Assembly: GCA_965200535.1 (NCBI GenBank)
Contig: CBDAUF010000002.1
Location: 403,995 to 467,994, forward strand
DNA from: Alphaproteobacteria bacterium
GTDB taxonomy: Bacteria; Pseudomonadota; Alphaproteobacteria; MPNO01
Length of the DNA stretch: 64,000 nt
Direction: 5' to 3'
The translations under genes were made by a program, and so were the position numbers. Positions 54,201 to 63,167 of the stretch are shown piece after piece. The stretch's first letter is position 1. Every line of letters starts with the position of its first letter. The notes under the pieces are model-generated. The model was not told where the DNA came from, did no database searches, and worked only from the letters and a program-made list of their open reading frames with translations.

Positions 54201-56853
54201 GACCTACTCGGTGGCGCCGGCGCTCGCCAACGGCCTCGCCTTCGACGCGGCAACGCGCCAGATCTCCGGCACGCCGGCTGCGGCCGCGGAGGCGGCAAGC
54301 CACACGCTGACCGCCGCCGATGAGGACGGCAACACGGCCGAGCTTGCCTTCACCGTCGCGGTGACCGAGGCCGCCGACACCGTGGCCCCGACGGCAGCGC
54401 TGTCCGTGGCGGACGGTGTCGAGACCCCGGTTACCGGCGCCTTCGGCATCGCGGTGACCTTCAGCGAGCCGGTGACGGGCTTTGCGCTGGCCGACCTGAC
54501 GGTTGCCAACGGCGCGGTCTCGGACCTCGCAGGCTCGGATGCGTCGTGGACGGCGACCGTGACCCCGGACGAGGGGTTCTCCGGCGACCTGACGGTGGAC
54601 CTCGCGGCGGGCACGGTCGAGGACGCGGCCGGCAATGGCAACGAGGCGGCACCGACGCTGACGGTGGCGGCGGAGTCTCCGGTGACCAGGCCGACCAACG
54701 TGGCGAACGCCACGACGGCGGCGACGGCGTGGAAGTCCATGGATGTGGCCTTCGATGCGCCGCCCGCGCGGACGGGCTGGGTTGCATCGAACACCCAGAT
54801 CCGCGTGCTCGGGATGAAGAAGGGCGCGAAGCGGACGGGGTGGAGGAGCCTGAAGCGGGTCTATGTGAAGAACGGCCGGGCCGAGGGCACGACGCGGGCG
54901 TTTCTCGCCATCGGGCGGGTCTACGAGGTGGAGCTGCGCTATTGCGGCGCGAAGATCTCGAAGGCGACCTGCAGCGAGCCTTCGGAGATGGTCTACGGCG
55001 CCTCGCCGGCGTCTGCGCCGAAGGGCGCGAAGGCGGGTCCGACCGACCCGGCGTCGCAGACGGCGCTGAAGCTCGCGTGGCGCATCGGCAATATCGGCGG
55101 CAAGAAGAACCTGCAGGCGGCCTACGAGATCGGCTACGCCAAGGACACGACCGCCAGCGCGCCGGAGACGCTGCTGTCTTCGGTCCCCGCCTTCGGCGTG
55201 AAGGAAGCGGAGGTGGACGGTCTCGAGCCGGGGACCGCCTACCGCCTGTTCGTGCGCAGCAAGATCGACTGGCAGGGTGCGCGGCTGTTCGCCTCGAACT
55301 GGACGTCGGCGACGGCATCGACGGCGTCGGGTGCGGAGAGCCTTGCGGGCGAGGCGCTGAAGCGCGCGCTCGCGGGCCAGGCGCGCAGCCTGCTTGAGGA
55401 TGCATCGTCGGTGATCGGCCGGCGGATGTCGTCGGGCGGCGCGGGCAGCGACGTGCTGTCGGCGTTTGCCGGTCTGCTCGGGGGCCAGGGACCGGGCGGC
55501 TGTGCGCTCGAGGACAGCATCGAGGACTGCGTGACCGGCGGGGAGAGTAAGTCCCTCGCGCAGACGCACGGCGGCTTCGGCGGCGCGGGCCACGGCTTCG
55601 GCGGCGCGGGCAGCGGCTTCGAGGGCCACGGCTTCGGGGGCGGCGGCGGTACGGACCGTTCGTACAGCCTCTCGGACCTGCGCGACCTGATGAAGAGCCA
55701 GGGCTTTGCGATCTCGCTCAACCGCCCGCTGCCGACCATGGGCTTCGCCCAGGAGGAGGCGCCGGCCGATGACGCCGGGATGCAGCTGACCCTGTGGGGC
55801 CAGGGCGCCGGGGGCGGTTCGGACGGTGCGATGTTCTGGGGCATGGACGCCTCGATGGGCGAGCGCTGGATGACGGGGATCGCCTTTGCCGAGAGCGGCG
55901 CCATCGCCTCGTCGGGTCTCAAGCACGGGGACGCGCGCGTCTCCGGGTTCGCGGAGAGCGAGGTGACGGCGGTCTACCCCTACGCGCGGGGCCGCTTTGC
56001 CTCGGGTCTGGAACTCTGGAGCCTGGCCGGCTGGGGCAAGGGCCGCGTGGACAGCAAGTGGACGGGGTTTGCCCCGGGATCGGGTCCGGTGGAGATCGAT
56101 CTCGCCGGCGGTCTCGGGTTCAGCCTCGGCATGGCGGGTGCGGAACAGGTTCTGTACGAGGCCGACGGTCTCAGCATCTCCGCGGTCGGCGATGCCGGCT
56201 GGTCGCGGCTCGCGGTCTCGGGCGGCACGGCGGACGGTGTGTCGGCGACGGTCACGCGGACGCGGGTTGCGGTGTCTGGCCGGTATGCGGAAGGCGGTCT
56301 GGCGTCGTCGCTCCGCATCGGCGGGCGGGTGGACGGCGGCGACGGCGAGACGGCGTCTGGCGCCGAGGTGTCGGGCGAGGTCCGCCACGCGTGGGGCCGC
56401 TGGGAAGTGGGCGCGCAAGGCCGCTGGTACACGGCGGAGACGACGGGCGCCGGGTTCGGCGAGCGGGGCGTGCGTGCCGCGGTGGGCCTGCGTGCGCGCG
56501 GCGACGGGACGGGTCTCGCGTTCGCACTGTCTCCAGGCTGGGGCGCGACAGGCGCGCAGCAGGGCGAGAGCGGCCTGCTGGGCACGCTGGACGGCGATGC
56601 CGATGAGCACACGCCTGCGGCGCATCTCGACGGGCGCATCTCGTGGGGCATCCGGGTCCCGGGTCTGATCGCGCACCGCGAGATGCTGCGCCCGTACGCG
56701 GAGTTCTGGCTCACGGACGGCGCCGCGCACCGGCTGCGCACGGGCGTCGCGCTGGAGGGTCCGGTGCGGATCAACCTCGCGCTGGAGCACCGGAAGGACG
56801 CCGCCGGCCCCGCCGAACACGGCGCCGTCCTGCGCCTCGACAGCCGGTTCTGA
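51205..56853 (+). CDS. Large surface protein: type Va autotransporter with an FN3/cadherin-like/Calx-beta-like/Ig-like passenger
   Basis: Signal peptide ...AFLLGLAALAAGPAHA|QT. Several FN3-like modules (e.g. GYELEFRE...YDIRVRAVN, GYDVRFRE...YWVEVRAKN, GYKVEYRE...YDFRVRAVN). A Gly-rich linker (GFGGAGHGFGGAGSGF). A C-terminal region of roughly 280 aa with alternating beta-strand pattern, ending in LRLDSRF. Confidence 0.8.
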   Translation: MRRNLSTQHRSRRPWSRVFPGLSAFLLGLAALAAGPAHAQTYLNTTMTVGTLSGFLGFNKGESAGSLGKDFFVHDGGTYDITHLGHTPTHAEISTTPPLPLGVLNSFHVTIDSTAYQGGWTQDANANVHRIAKGSLDLTSGDTDIAVKIVQVPEQVTGLSLTTNNGEITASWTAAGNDPSDITGYELEFRESPSGSWMKSSFSHTNTTHTIENRTNGTKYDIRVRAVNGPAYGAWSATAKATPTEEPNSPPVLALPDAGSIAENSTGTVLTVTASDSDSDDNSNFRYELDQDHTDNGCFDMIGATVHVDSGYCTLDYERLDPFGGGAFDEDGSPFYNVMVTVKSGTGDRELTASGFVKITITDVREPPGEVGQPTVTTAGSGELKVTWSKPSYNLGPAVSGYDVRFREYGAANKDKWHYHAHEGTETKAVLTHLKNDTQYWVEVRAKNDEGDGFWSQSQNGTPKAVPDKVSHLVLVAGDREITASWVEPYDNIPEEPPTPPADNIDGYKVEYRESSATSWTDAGHSGTATTLTRSGLNNGTAYDFRVRAVNANGDGPWSDIATATPATESPVVVSSTWVSVKENNGGKARYGVSLAGTEVPSSTVTVKLSASGDVDAVEIEPSSQTLIFTVGPNGNWNAVQVVTIAGVDDTTHQPDHREVTISHTATSGDSNFNNKTASVDVRIYDDDPDPNNPTPAAPTNLEISHAGGSATTATLTWDHTFNTPEQPTLKDGYHRYVIWRCTGAECDPKSSYYDRVGGLANKKNGEGTEWIPTYTKEFNDGTKPRKMPVPLEQGVTHRYAVTAEYGKGEVYSSDPSGVATLSVGTAQTAPPPPKPKPGNGFVRLDWQSADEDAGGNGGSNGQSIGSLRSIGSLIERGLRMVRGLSAESEEPAAPEYKVSYTEEGADWSEGYTETVPDTSTVIEALENGVSYAFRVRSVTNGEAGPWSDTVTATPKAPDNAPVEGPSYEGVESPALSFVAGEAVALVTLPAASGGSGALTYSVAPALANGLAFDAATRQISGTPAAAAEAASHTLTAADEDGNTAELAFTVAVTEAADTVAPTAALSVADGVETPVTGAFGIAVTFSEPVTGFALADLTVANGAVSDLAGSDASWTATVTPDEGFSGDLTVDLAAGTVEDAAGNGNEAAPTLTVAAESPVTRPTNVANATTAATAWKSMDVAFDAPPARTGWVASNTQIRVLGMKKGAKRTGWRSLKRVYVKNGRAEGTTRAFLAIGRVYEVELRYCGAKISKATCSEPSEMVYGASPASAPKGAKAGPTDPASQTALKLAWRIGNIGGKKNLQAAYEIGYAKDTTASAPETLLSSVPAFGVKEAEVDGLEPGTAYRLFVRSKIDWQGARLFASNWTSATASTASGAESLAGEALKRALAGQARSLLEDASSVIGRRMSSGGAGSDVLSAFAGLLGGQGPGGCALEDSIEDCVTGGESKSLAQTHGGFGGAGHGFGGAGSGFEGHGFGGGGGTDRSYSLSDLRDLMKSQGFAISLNRPLPTMGFAQEEAPADDAGMQLTLWGQGAGGGSDGAMFWGMDASMGERWMTGIAFAESGAIASSGLKHGDARVSGFAESEVTAVYPYARGRFASGLELWSLAGWGKGRVDSKWTGFAPGSGPVEIDLAGGLGFSLGMAGAEQVLYEADGLSISAVGDAGWSRLAVSGGTADGVSATVTRTRVAVSGRYAEGGLASSLRIGGRVDGGDGETASGAEVSGEVRHAWGRWEVGAQGRWYTAETTGAGFGERGVRAAVGLRARGDGTGLAFALSPGWGATGAQQGESGLLGTLDGDADEHTPAAHLDGRISWGIRVPGLIAHREMLRPYAEFWLTDGAAHRLRTGVALEGPVRINLALEHRKDAAGPAEHGAVLRLDSRF

Positions 56854-56860
56854 GACCGGG

Positions 56861-56897
56861 CAGGCGGCGGCGGGGAGACCTGCCGCCGCCTGTTTCC
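56861..56897 (+). terminator. Rho-independent-type terminator hairpin between the convergent autotransporter and GST genes
   Basis: 11-bp perfect GC stem (CAGGCGGCGGC / GCCGCCGCCTG) with a 10-nt loop, followed by TTTCC. It starts 8 nt after the stop codon. Confidence 0.6.
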
Positions 56898-56901
56898 GCA
56901 G

Positions 56902-57714
56902 TCAGGCTGCGATGCCGAGAATGGCTGCGACCTCCGGCCAACTCCTCGCGCCGTTGGTTTTCAGATCGTGGACCAGCCCGTCGGGCATCCAGCGCCAGAT
57001 CGCCGGCTCGAAGGACGGGCGGGCCTTGATATGCACAAGCCATTCCGCGACCCGCGGCAGCCGCCCATCTTCCCATAGCGGCTGCATCGACAGCATGTCG
57101 AGCCGCATCACGTAGGGGATGATCGCGATATCGGCGAAGGTGAAGCTGTCGCCGGCGAGCCAGCGGCTCTCTTGCAGCGCTTCTTCCATCTTGTGCAGAT
57201 ACCGGTCGTAGAGTTCGACCTTCTTGCGGGCGTCCGGCGCCTCGAAGCCGAACTGGACATACGCCTTCTTCTGCGCGTGCCAGTCGGCAGAGACGGAGAA
57301 GGGCGGCGTGGAATCGAGGAACTCCCGCATTCCCTCCTCGCCCAGGGCGCGAATAGTGTGGCGGTGCGACGACATGAACGTCAGCGCGCCGCAGGCGGGA
57401 TGAAGCTCCTCGTCGATGGCCTTGGTCCAGTAGCGCACCTCCGCGCGTGCGACCGGGTCGGCGGGGCGGATCGTATTTTCCGGGAAAACATCGTCGAGAT
57501 ATTCGCAGATATTCGTCGATTCCCGGATCACGGTTCCGTCATGCACCAGGGAGGGAACGACGGCCTTCGGATTGATCTTCAGATAATCCGGCGCGAACTG
57601 CTCGCCCTTGAGGATATCGATATAGTGGCCCGTCCATGCCAGCTCCTTTTCTTCGAGATAGAGCCTGACCTTGGCGGCGCACACCGATGAACCGTGATGA
57701 TAGAGTTCGAGCAC
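56902..57714 (-). CDS. Glutathione S-transferase family protein
   Basis: N-terminal thioredoxin-like fold (LELYHHGSSVCAAKVRLYLEEK, VVPSL, ESTNICEYL). GTG 57714 was chosen because the upstream part of track ORF ..57924 is low-complexity. Confidence 0.8.
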   Translation of the reverse strand: MLELYHHGSSVCAAKVRLYLEEKELAWTGHYIDILKGEQFAPDYLKINPKAVVPSLVHDGTVIRESTNICEYLDDVFPENTIRPADPVARAEVRYWTKAIDEELHPACGALTFMSSHRHTIRALGEEGMREFLDSTPPFSVSADWHAQKKAYVQFGFEAPDARKKVELYDRYLHKMEEALQESRWLAGDSFTFADIAIIPYVMRLDMLSMQPLWEDGRLPRVAEWLVHIKARPSFEPAIWRWMPDGLVHDLKTNGARSWPEVAAILGIAA

Positions 57715-57903
57715 GTCTCCGCTCCCTGATGCAAACGTCCGGGCGGGCGCCCCGGTCCGTCCGCGGCCGGGGGCCGCTGCGGGGCGCCCTGCGACGGAAA
57801 ATAACGCTCTCCCCGGCCGACCGAAAGCCGGGCATGGCGCGGTCGTCGTGCTAGAGTTCCGGCATCCGGCGTTTGCCAAGCCGGTGTCCGCGGGGAGGGA
57901 GAC

Positions 57904-59346
57904 ATGACCGGGAATGCGGTGCATCGGGATCGGCTCGGACTGACCGTCAGCACGGCCAGCCGCGAGGCGGCGTCACGGTATCAGGCGGGGGTCGATCTCC
58001 ACATGTCCGGGAACCCGGGCGGCGAGGCGGCGCTGAGGGAGGCGGCGGCGGCGGACCCCGGCTTCGCTCTCGCCCCCGCCGCGCTGAGCATGGTGCTGCG
58101 CGAGACCGGCCGGCGCGAAGAGGCGAAGGAGCACGCCGCCCGCGCGCGGTCGCTGGCCGCAGGGGCGACCCGGCGCGAAAGGCAGCATGTCGAGGCCGTC
58201 GCCGTCCTCGCCGGCGGCGACGGGCCGCGCGCGTTCGCGCTGATGCAGGCCCATCTCGCGGAGTTCCCGCGCGACGCCATGGTCCTGCTGGGCGCCGACC
58301 GTTACCTGTTCTACAGCGGCGGCGAGAACCGCCAGCAGCTGCAGTTCGAGCTGCTCGACGGGTTCGCCCGCGACTATGACGACGATTGGTGGTTTCCCGG
58401 CCAGTACGGCTTCGCGCTGGGCGAATGCGGCCATTACGGGAAGGCGGTGGAGGCGGCGCAGCGCTCGCTCGCCCTCAACCCGAAGAACCTCTGGGCCGCC
58501 CATACGCTCGCCCACGTCCACGCCGACACCAAGGACGACGAGGCGGGCGCGGCCTTCCTCGGCCCGTGGCTCGGCGACTTCGATCCGCGCGCGCCCATGT
58601 TCGGGCACACCTCGTGGCATCTGGCCCTGTTCGAGCTGGGGCGCGGACGCCACGCGCGGGCGATGGAAATCTACCGGACGGCGGTGCGCCCGGCGGTCTG
58701 CAAGCACCGCAGCACGCTCAACAATTCGGCTTCGTTCCTGTGGCGCTGCATGGTCTACGGCTACGCGCCGACGGCGCGGCAGTGGGACGAACTGCAGCCG
58801 TTGGCCGACGGCGTCGCCGGGCCCGCGAAGGGCGAATGGGACGGCATGAACGCCGCGCTCGCGTTCGCCGGCGCCGGCAACGAGGCGGGCAAGAACGAAC
58901 TCTGCCGCGCCATCCGCGAACTGGGCGCGGGCGGCCGGACGACGGCGGCAGAGGTCGGGCTGCCGCTGGTCGAGGGCGCCTGGGCGTTCGCCCGCGGGGA
59001 TTACGATGCGGCCATCCGCTCGATGGCGCCCGCGATCGGGCGCATCGGCGGCGTCGGCGGCAGCAACGCCCAGCACGAGGTGTTCTGGGACGCCCTGATC
59101 GAGGCCTGTCTCTGCACCGGCCGTTTCGCCGACGCCGAGGACCTGCAGAGGAGCCGGCTCGACCCGCGCCCCACGGTCCGCGACCTGTCCCGCCTCGGCC
59201 GCGCGCAGATCGGCGCAGGCAAGCGGCAAGAGGGGGCCGCCAATCTGCGCCGCGCGGCCAAGGGCTGGCGGGGTGCGGACCCGGGCTCGCCCGAGGTGGC
59301 GGCGATCGATGCGCTTCTGCAACGCATCGAACGGGCGGCGGGTTAG
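57904..59346 (+). CDS. Tetratricopeptide-like helical repeat protein (TTC38-like)
   Basis: 480 aa, all-helical, with TPR-like repeats (GKAVEAAQRSLALNPKNLWAAHTLAHV). Confidence 0.55.
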   Translation: MTGNAVHRDRLGLTVSTASREAASRYQAGVDLHMSGNPGGEAALREAAAADPGFALAPAALSMVLRETGRREEAKEHAARARSLAAGATRRERQHVEAVAVLAGGDGPRAFALMQAHLAEFPRDAMVLLGADRYLFYSGGENRQQLQFELLDGFARDYDDDWWFPGQYGFALGECGHYGKAVEAAQRSLALNPKNLWAAHTLAHVHADTKDDEAGAAFLGPWLGDFDPRAPMFGHTSWHLALFELGRGRHARAMEIYRTAVRPAVCKHRSTLNNSASFLWRCMVYGYAPTARQWDELQPLADGVAGPAKGEWDGMNAALAFAGAGNEAGKNELCRAIRELGAGGRTTAAEVGLPLVEGAWAFARGDYDAAIRSMAPAIGRIGGVGGSNAQHEVFWDALIEACLCTGRFADAEDLQRSRLDPRPTVRDLSRLGRAQIGAGKRQEGAANLRRAAKGWRGADPGSPEVAAIDALLQRIERAAG

Positions 59347-59372
59347 GTTAGCAGCGCAACCGCGCCGCCGCC

Positions 59373-61076
59373 TCAGCGCACGCCGAGCGCGAAATCGCCG
59401 GCGCCGCCCGCCGGCTCGAACTTCGAGAAGAACTCGGCGACGATCGCTGGGTCGCCCTCGAGCGCGACCGCGCCGCTCTCGATCCCCTCTTCGAAGCTCG
59501 GACCGCCGCCGGCCCAGGCGCTGAGAAATTGCCGCGGGAATGTCAGCGATGCGTCGCATCCCTCCGGCGGCGTTTCGTGGAACTGGCAAATGCCGCGCCT
59601 GATTTCCAGGGCGAACGACTCCCCTGTATCGGTCGTCGCGAAGCCGAGGGCGATCCGGGTGTCCATGCAGTCTTCGGCCCTGAGGCGGACGGTCAGCAGT
59701 TCGAGCAGTCCGCCCATCGGGTAGTTGCGGGCCTGGTTGGCCTGGATCCGGTGGCCTCCGCGGATCTCGCCCAGGCGATTTTCCAGCTCGAGCGCCTGGC
59801 ACAGCGCCCAGTTGCGCCAGGTGCTCGTCTTCTGCCGGTACCCCCAGCCGCGCAATGCCGCCGCCTTGACGCCCCGCGCCTCCATGTCGGCGTTGTCCGC
59901 CCGCACGGCCCAGGTGGCGATATCGGCCGCCCAGCGAAACTCCTCGTCCTCTATCGCCTTCCGCGCTTCCGCCAGCACGGCGTCGCGCCCGCCCATCGCG
60001 CGGACATAACGCTCGGCCCGTTCGCGCCAGGGCAGCGGGTCCAATTCCACCGCATCGCCCTGGAACCAGCCGACATAGCCCGCATAGACGCTGCGGACCG
60101 AGTGTTTGTAGCTGCCGTAAAACTCGCCCAGCCAGGGGTGCTCGGCGAGGTGCGGCGGCATGACCACCCTTTCCGCCAGCTCGTCCCAGGTGCATCCCTT
60201 GTTGATCCATCGCACGGCCTGGTCGTGCAGGTACTGGATGGCATCCCGATGCGCGGTCAAGACGTCTTCGACGGCGTCCGCTCCCTCCACGGTGGGCCCG
60301 TGATGGGGGATCAGGATCTCGGCGCCGAACGCGCGCAGCCGATCGATTCCCTTCGCCCACAGCATGGGGTTTCGAAACTGCGTGCCGCGCAGCGCATAGA
60401 CGTTCGGAAAGGTCATGCCCTGGATGGCGTCGGCGGAGATCAGCACCTTTTCGTCGGGCAGCCAGACGACGCTCTGATCGTCGGTTTCGCTCGGCACATG
60501 CACGATGTGCAGCCGGATGCCGGCAATCTCGACCTCGATCCTGTCCTCGAAGGTCCGGGTCGGATTGGCGAAGCCCGCCTTGCCGCGCCGCGGCGGGGCG
60601 CCGATCGCGCTGCCGAAGGAGCCGGTCTCGCCGAAGCCGAGATGCGCGCCGAATTGATAGGGGCCGCGGCGGCGCCGGATGGGCGCGAGAATGCCTTCGT
60701 CGCGCAGCAGGTTGTCGGTCAGTTCGGACTGGGCGATGACCTCCACCCTGCCGGACCGAATGTGCTCCTCGGAAACGAAGCTGAAGATGCCGCTGACGTG
60801 ATCGCCGTGAAAGTGGGTGACGATCACCGCCCTGATCGGCAGGTCGGTGATCTCGCGGAAGGCGGCCGCGGCTTCATCGCCGGGCAGTTCGCCGCTCAGC
60901 GTGTCCACCAGGACGCAGCCGTCGGCGCCCACGATGAGCGTGCAGTTCGAGCCGGTGTAGCAGTGCGCCGTATGGATATGGCCCCGCGTCGTGATGATCC
61001 GCGGCGTCTTGTAGAGCGCCATCTGGGCCGCGAGATCGGGATGCACGCTCGGTTCGGTAACGGCTTGCGCTGGCAT
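59373..61076 (-). CDS. Alkyl/aryl-sulfatase (metallo-beta-lactamase fold with dimerisation and SCP2-like C-terminal domains)
   Basis: HxHxDH motif in VTHFHGDHVSG. Length of 567 aa and C-terminal domain order as in SdsA1/BDS1-type sulfatases. Confidence 0.8.
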   Translation of the reverse strand: MPAQAVTEPSVHPDLAAQMALYKTPRIITTRGHIHTAHCYTGSNCTLIVGADGCVLVDTLSGELPGDEAAAAFREITDLPIRAVIVTHFHGDHVSGIFSFVSEEHIRSGRVEVIAQSELTDNLLRDEGILAPIRRRRGPYQFGAHLGFGETGSFGSAIGAPPRRGKAGFANPTRTFEDRIEVEIAGIRLHIVHVPSETDDQSVVWLPDEKVLISADAIQGMTFPNVYALRGTQFRNPMLWAKGIDRLRAFGAEILIPHHGPTVEGADAVEDVLTAHRDAIQYLHDQAVRWINKGCTWDELAERVVMPPHLAEHPWLGEFYGSYKHSVRSVYAGYVGWFQGDAVELDPLPWRERAERYVRAMGGRDAVLAEARKAIEDEEFRWAADIATWAVRADNADMEARGVKAAALRGWGYRQKTSTWRNWALCQALELENRLGEIRGGHRIQANQARNYPMGGLLELLTVRLRAEDCMDTRIALGFATTDTGESFALEIRRGICQFHETPPEGCDASLTFPRQFLSAWAGGGPSFEEGIESGAVALEGDPAIVAEFFSKFEPAGGAGDFALGVR

Positions 61077-61238
61077 CGAATGGCTCCCGGGAAATGGAAG
61101 AGGGGGTCAGTATAGCCGCATGCCCGCCCCGGTTTGACCAGGCGGCCCGTCGCCCGGCGCCCTTCCGCCGGCGGTGGCGCCCGGCCCCGCTTCGCTTGCT
61201 ATAATCCGGCCTTGGCCTGCCGGAGGAGCCTGCTGAGG

Positions 61239-63167
61239 ATGTCGCCTGGCGCTCGCGTTGTCACTTGGAGCCGGAGGTTGGCGGATGTCCTTTCGCTCGG
61301 GCTGGCTGCGTTCGCGATCTATGTTGCCGGGTTCGGGGTCTTCGACGAGGTCTGGGTCCGGGCCGCGACCACCGGGCTGCCGATCCTGATCTCGCTCCTC
61401 TGCTTCTCCACCGAGAACATGGACGTCAGGCGCAAGACCGTCACCGGGGGGTCGATCGCGCTCAACGCCGTGATGCTGCTCGCGCTCGCGCCGATCTACT
61501 ATCTGTGGATCACCCTGATGACGGAGCAGCTCGACTTCTTCGTCGATTTTTCGACGTTCGACTACCTGGTGGGCTTCGCCGGGGTCGCGCTGCTGTTCTA
61601 CCTCACCTACCGGCATTTCGGCGCCCCGCTGTTCCTCGTCTGCCTGCTCTCGCTGGTCGTCCTGCTCTTCGGGAACCTGATTCCGGGCACGCTGAACATC
61701 CCGGAGGTCGAGTGGTTCCTGATCTCGGAGAAGCTCTGGTACAGCACCGACGGGGTGTTCGGCCGGCCGGTCGCCGTGGTCGGGCAGGTCGTGCTGGTGT
61801 TCATCCTGTTCGGCGCGATCCTGGAGACCTCGGGCGCGGGCGCGACGCTTCTCAAATTCGCCTTCGCGGTGACCGGCCCGCTGCGCGGCGGCCCGGCGCA
61901 CGCGGCGATCATCGGCAGCGCCAGCTTCGGCACCATGAACGGCGCCGCCGTCGCCAACGTGGTGACCACCGGCGTCTTCACCATCCCGATGATCAAGCGC
62001 ACCGGCTTCCGGCCCAAATTCGCCGGCGCGGTCGAGGCGGCGGCGTCGACCGGCGGCCAGATCATGCCGCCGGTGATGGGCGCGGTCGCATTCCTGATGG
62101 CGGATCTCACCGGGATCCCCTACCTCACGATCATCGTCGCGGCGGCGATCCCGGCCCTGATGTACTATCTCAGCCTGTTCTCGGTGGTCTGGCTGGAGGC
62201 GCGGCGGCAGGGGCTGCGGCCGACGCCGAAGGAAGAGCGCGTCCGGCTGGAGGCGACCGACTGGATCCGCTCGATCTCGTTCTTCGTCCCGCTCGGTGTC
62301 ATCGTCTACGTGCTGATGACCGGGCGGACCGCCCAGAACGCCGGTTTCTACGGGCTGATCGCCGCCTTCGTGCTGTCGCTCGTCCTCTATCCGGAATTCC
62401 GGTCGCCGCGGAAGATTCTGGCCGCCCTGATGCGCGGCGGGCGCACCTGCGCGACCATCATGATCGTCGTTGCCGCGATCGGCTTCGTGGTCGGCATGGT
62501 CAACATGTCCGGCCTCGGCATCAAGTTCGCGGCAACCATCCTGTCGATCGCGGGGGACAGCCTGTTCCTGTCGCTGGTCGTGATGGCGGTCGGCTGCCTG
62601 CTGCTCGGCACGGGGGTGCCGGTGGGCGCGGCCTACCTGATCATCGTGCTGATCATCGGGCCGGCGCTCGGCAAGCTCGGGTTATCGCTGCTGCTCACCC
62701 ATCTCTTCGTCATCTACTACGCGGTGCTGTCGGCAATCACGCCGCCGGTTGCCATCGCCGCCTTCGCCGCCGCACCCATCGCCGGCTCGAAACCGATCGA
62801 GACCGGCGTCGTCGCCGTCAGGCTGGCGATCGCGGGGTTCCTGATCCCGTTCGTCTTCGTCTACCATTCGAGCGTCGTGCTGGTGGATCCGGGCTTCAGC
62901 TATGCGGGGCTGGCATGGGGGATAGGGGTCTTCGCCGTCTCGACGGTCGCGCTGGCGACCGGGCTCGGCGCCTATTCCATCGGGCCTATCGGGCCGGTAC
63001 AACGACTCGTGCGGGTCGTGGCCGGCGTCGCCGTGCTGGTGCCGGATCTGCTGGTTGCGGGCGTCTGCACCGCCGTCGTGGCGGCATCGTTCCTGGTCGA
63101 AAGCCGGATGTCCGGCCCGTCCATGGCGGTGCGCGCGGCGCACCAAAAAGAGGGAGGCTCAACATGA
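61239..63167 (+). CDS. TRAP transporter fused (4TM/12TM) permease, TAXI-system type
   Basis: About 640 aa and polytopic. Followed by an overlapping TAXI-type binding-protein gene. Confidence 0.8.
   Translation: MSPGARVVTWSRRLADVLSLGLAAFAIYVAGFGVFDEVWVRAATTGLPILISLLCFSTENMDVRRKTVTGGSIALNAVMLLALAPIYYLWITLMTEQLDFFVDFSTFDYLVGFAGVALLFYLTYRHFGAPLFLVCLLSLVVLLFGNLIPGTLNIPEVEWFLISEKLWYSTDGVFGRPVAVVGQVVLVFILFGAILETSGAGATLLKFAFAVTGPLRGGPAHAAIIGSASFGTMNGAAVANVVTTGVFTIPMIKRTGFRPKFAGAVEAAASTGGQIMPPVMGAVAFLMADLTGIPYLTIIVAAAIPALMYYLSLFSVVWLEARRQGLRPTPKEERVRLEATDWIRSISFFVPLGVIVYVLMTGRTAQNAGFYGLIAAFVLSLVLYPEFRSPRKILAALMRGGRTCATIMIVVAAIGFVVGMVNMSGLGIKFAATILSIAGDSLFLSLVVMAVGCLLLGTGVPVGAAYLIIVLIIGPALGKLGLSLLLTHLFVIYYAVLSAITPPVAIAAFAAAPIAGSKPIETGVVAVRLAIAGFLIPFVFVYHSSVVLVDPGFSYAGLAWGIGVFAVSTVALATGLGAYSIGPIGPVQRLVRVVAGVAVLVPDLLVAGVCTAVVAASFLVESRMSGPSMAVRAAHQKEGGST

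Noticed and set aside
61200-61205. A TATAAT hexamer upstream of the TAXI-TRAP permease gene as a promoter.
   Set aside because: No acceptable -35 element lies at 16-18 nt, and a single hexamer match is too weak to report as a feature.
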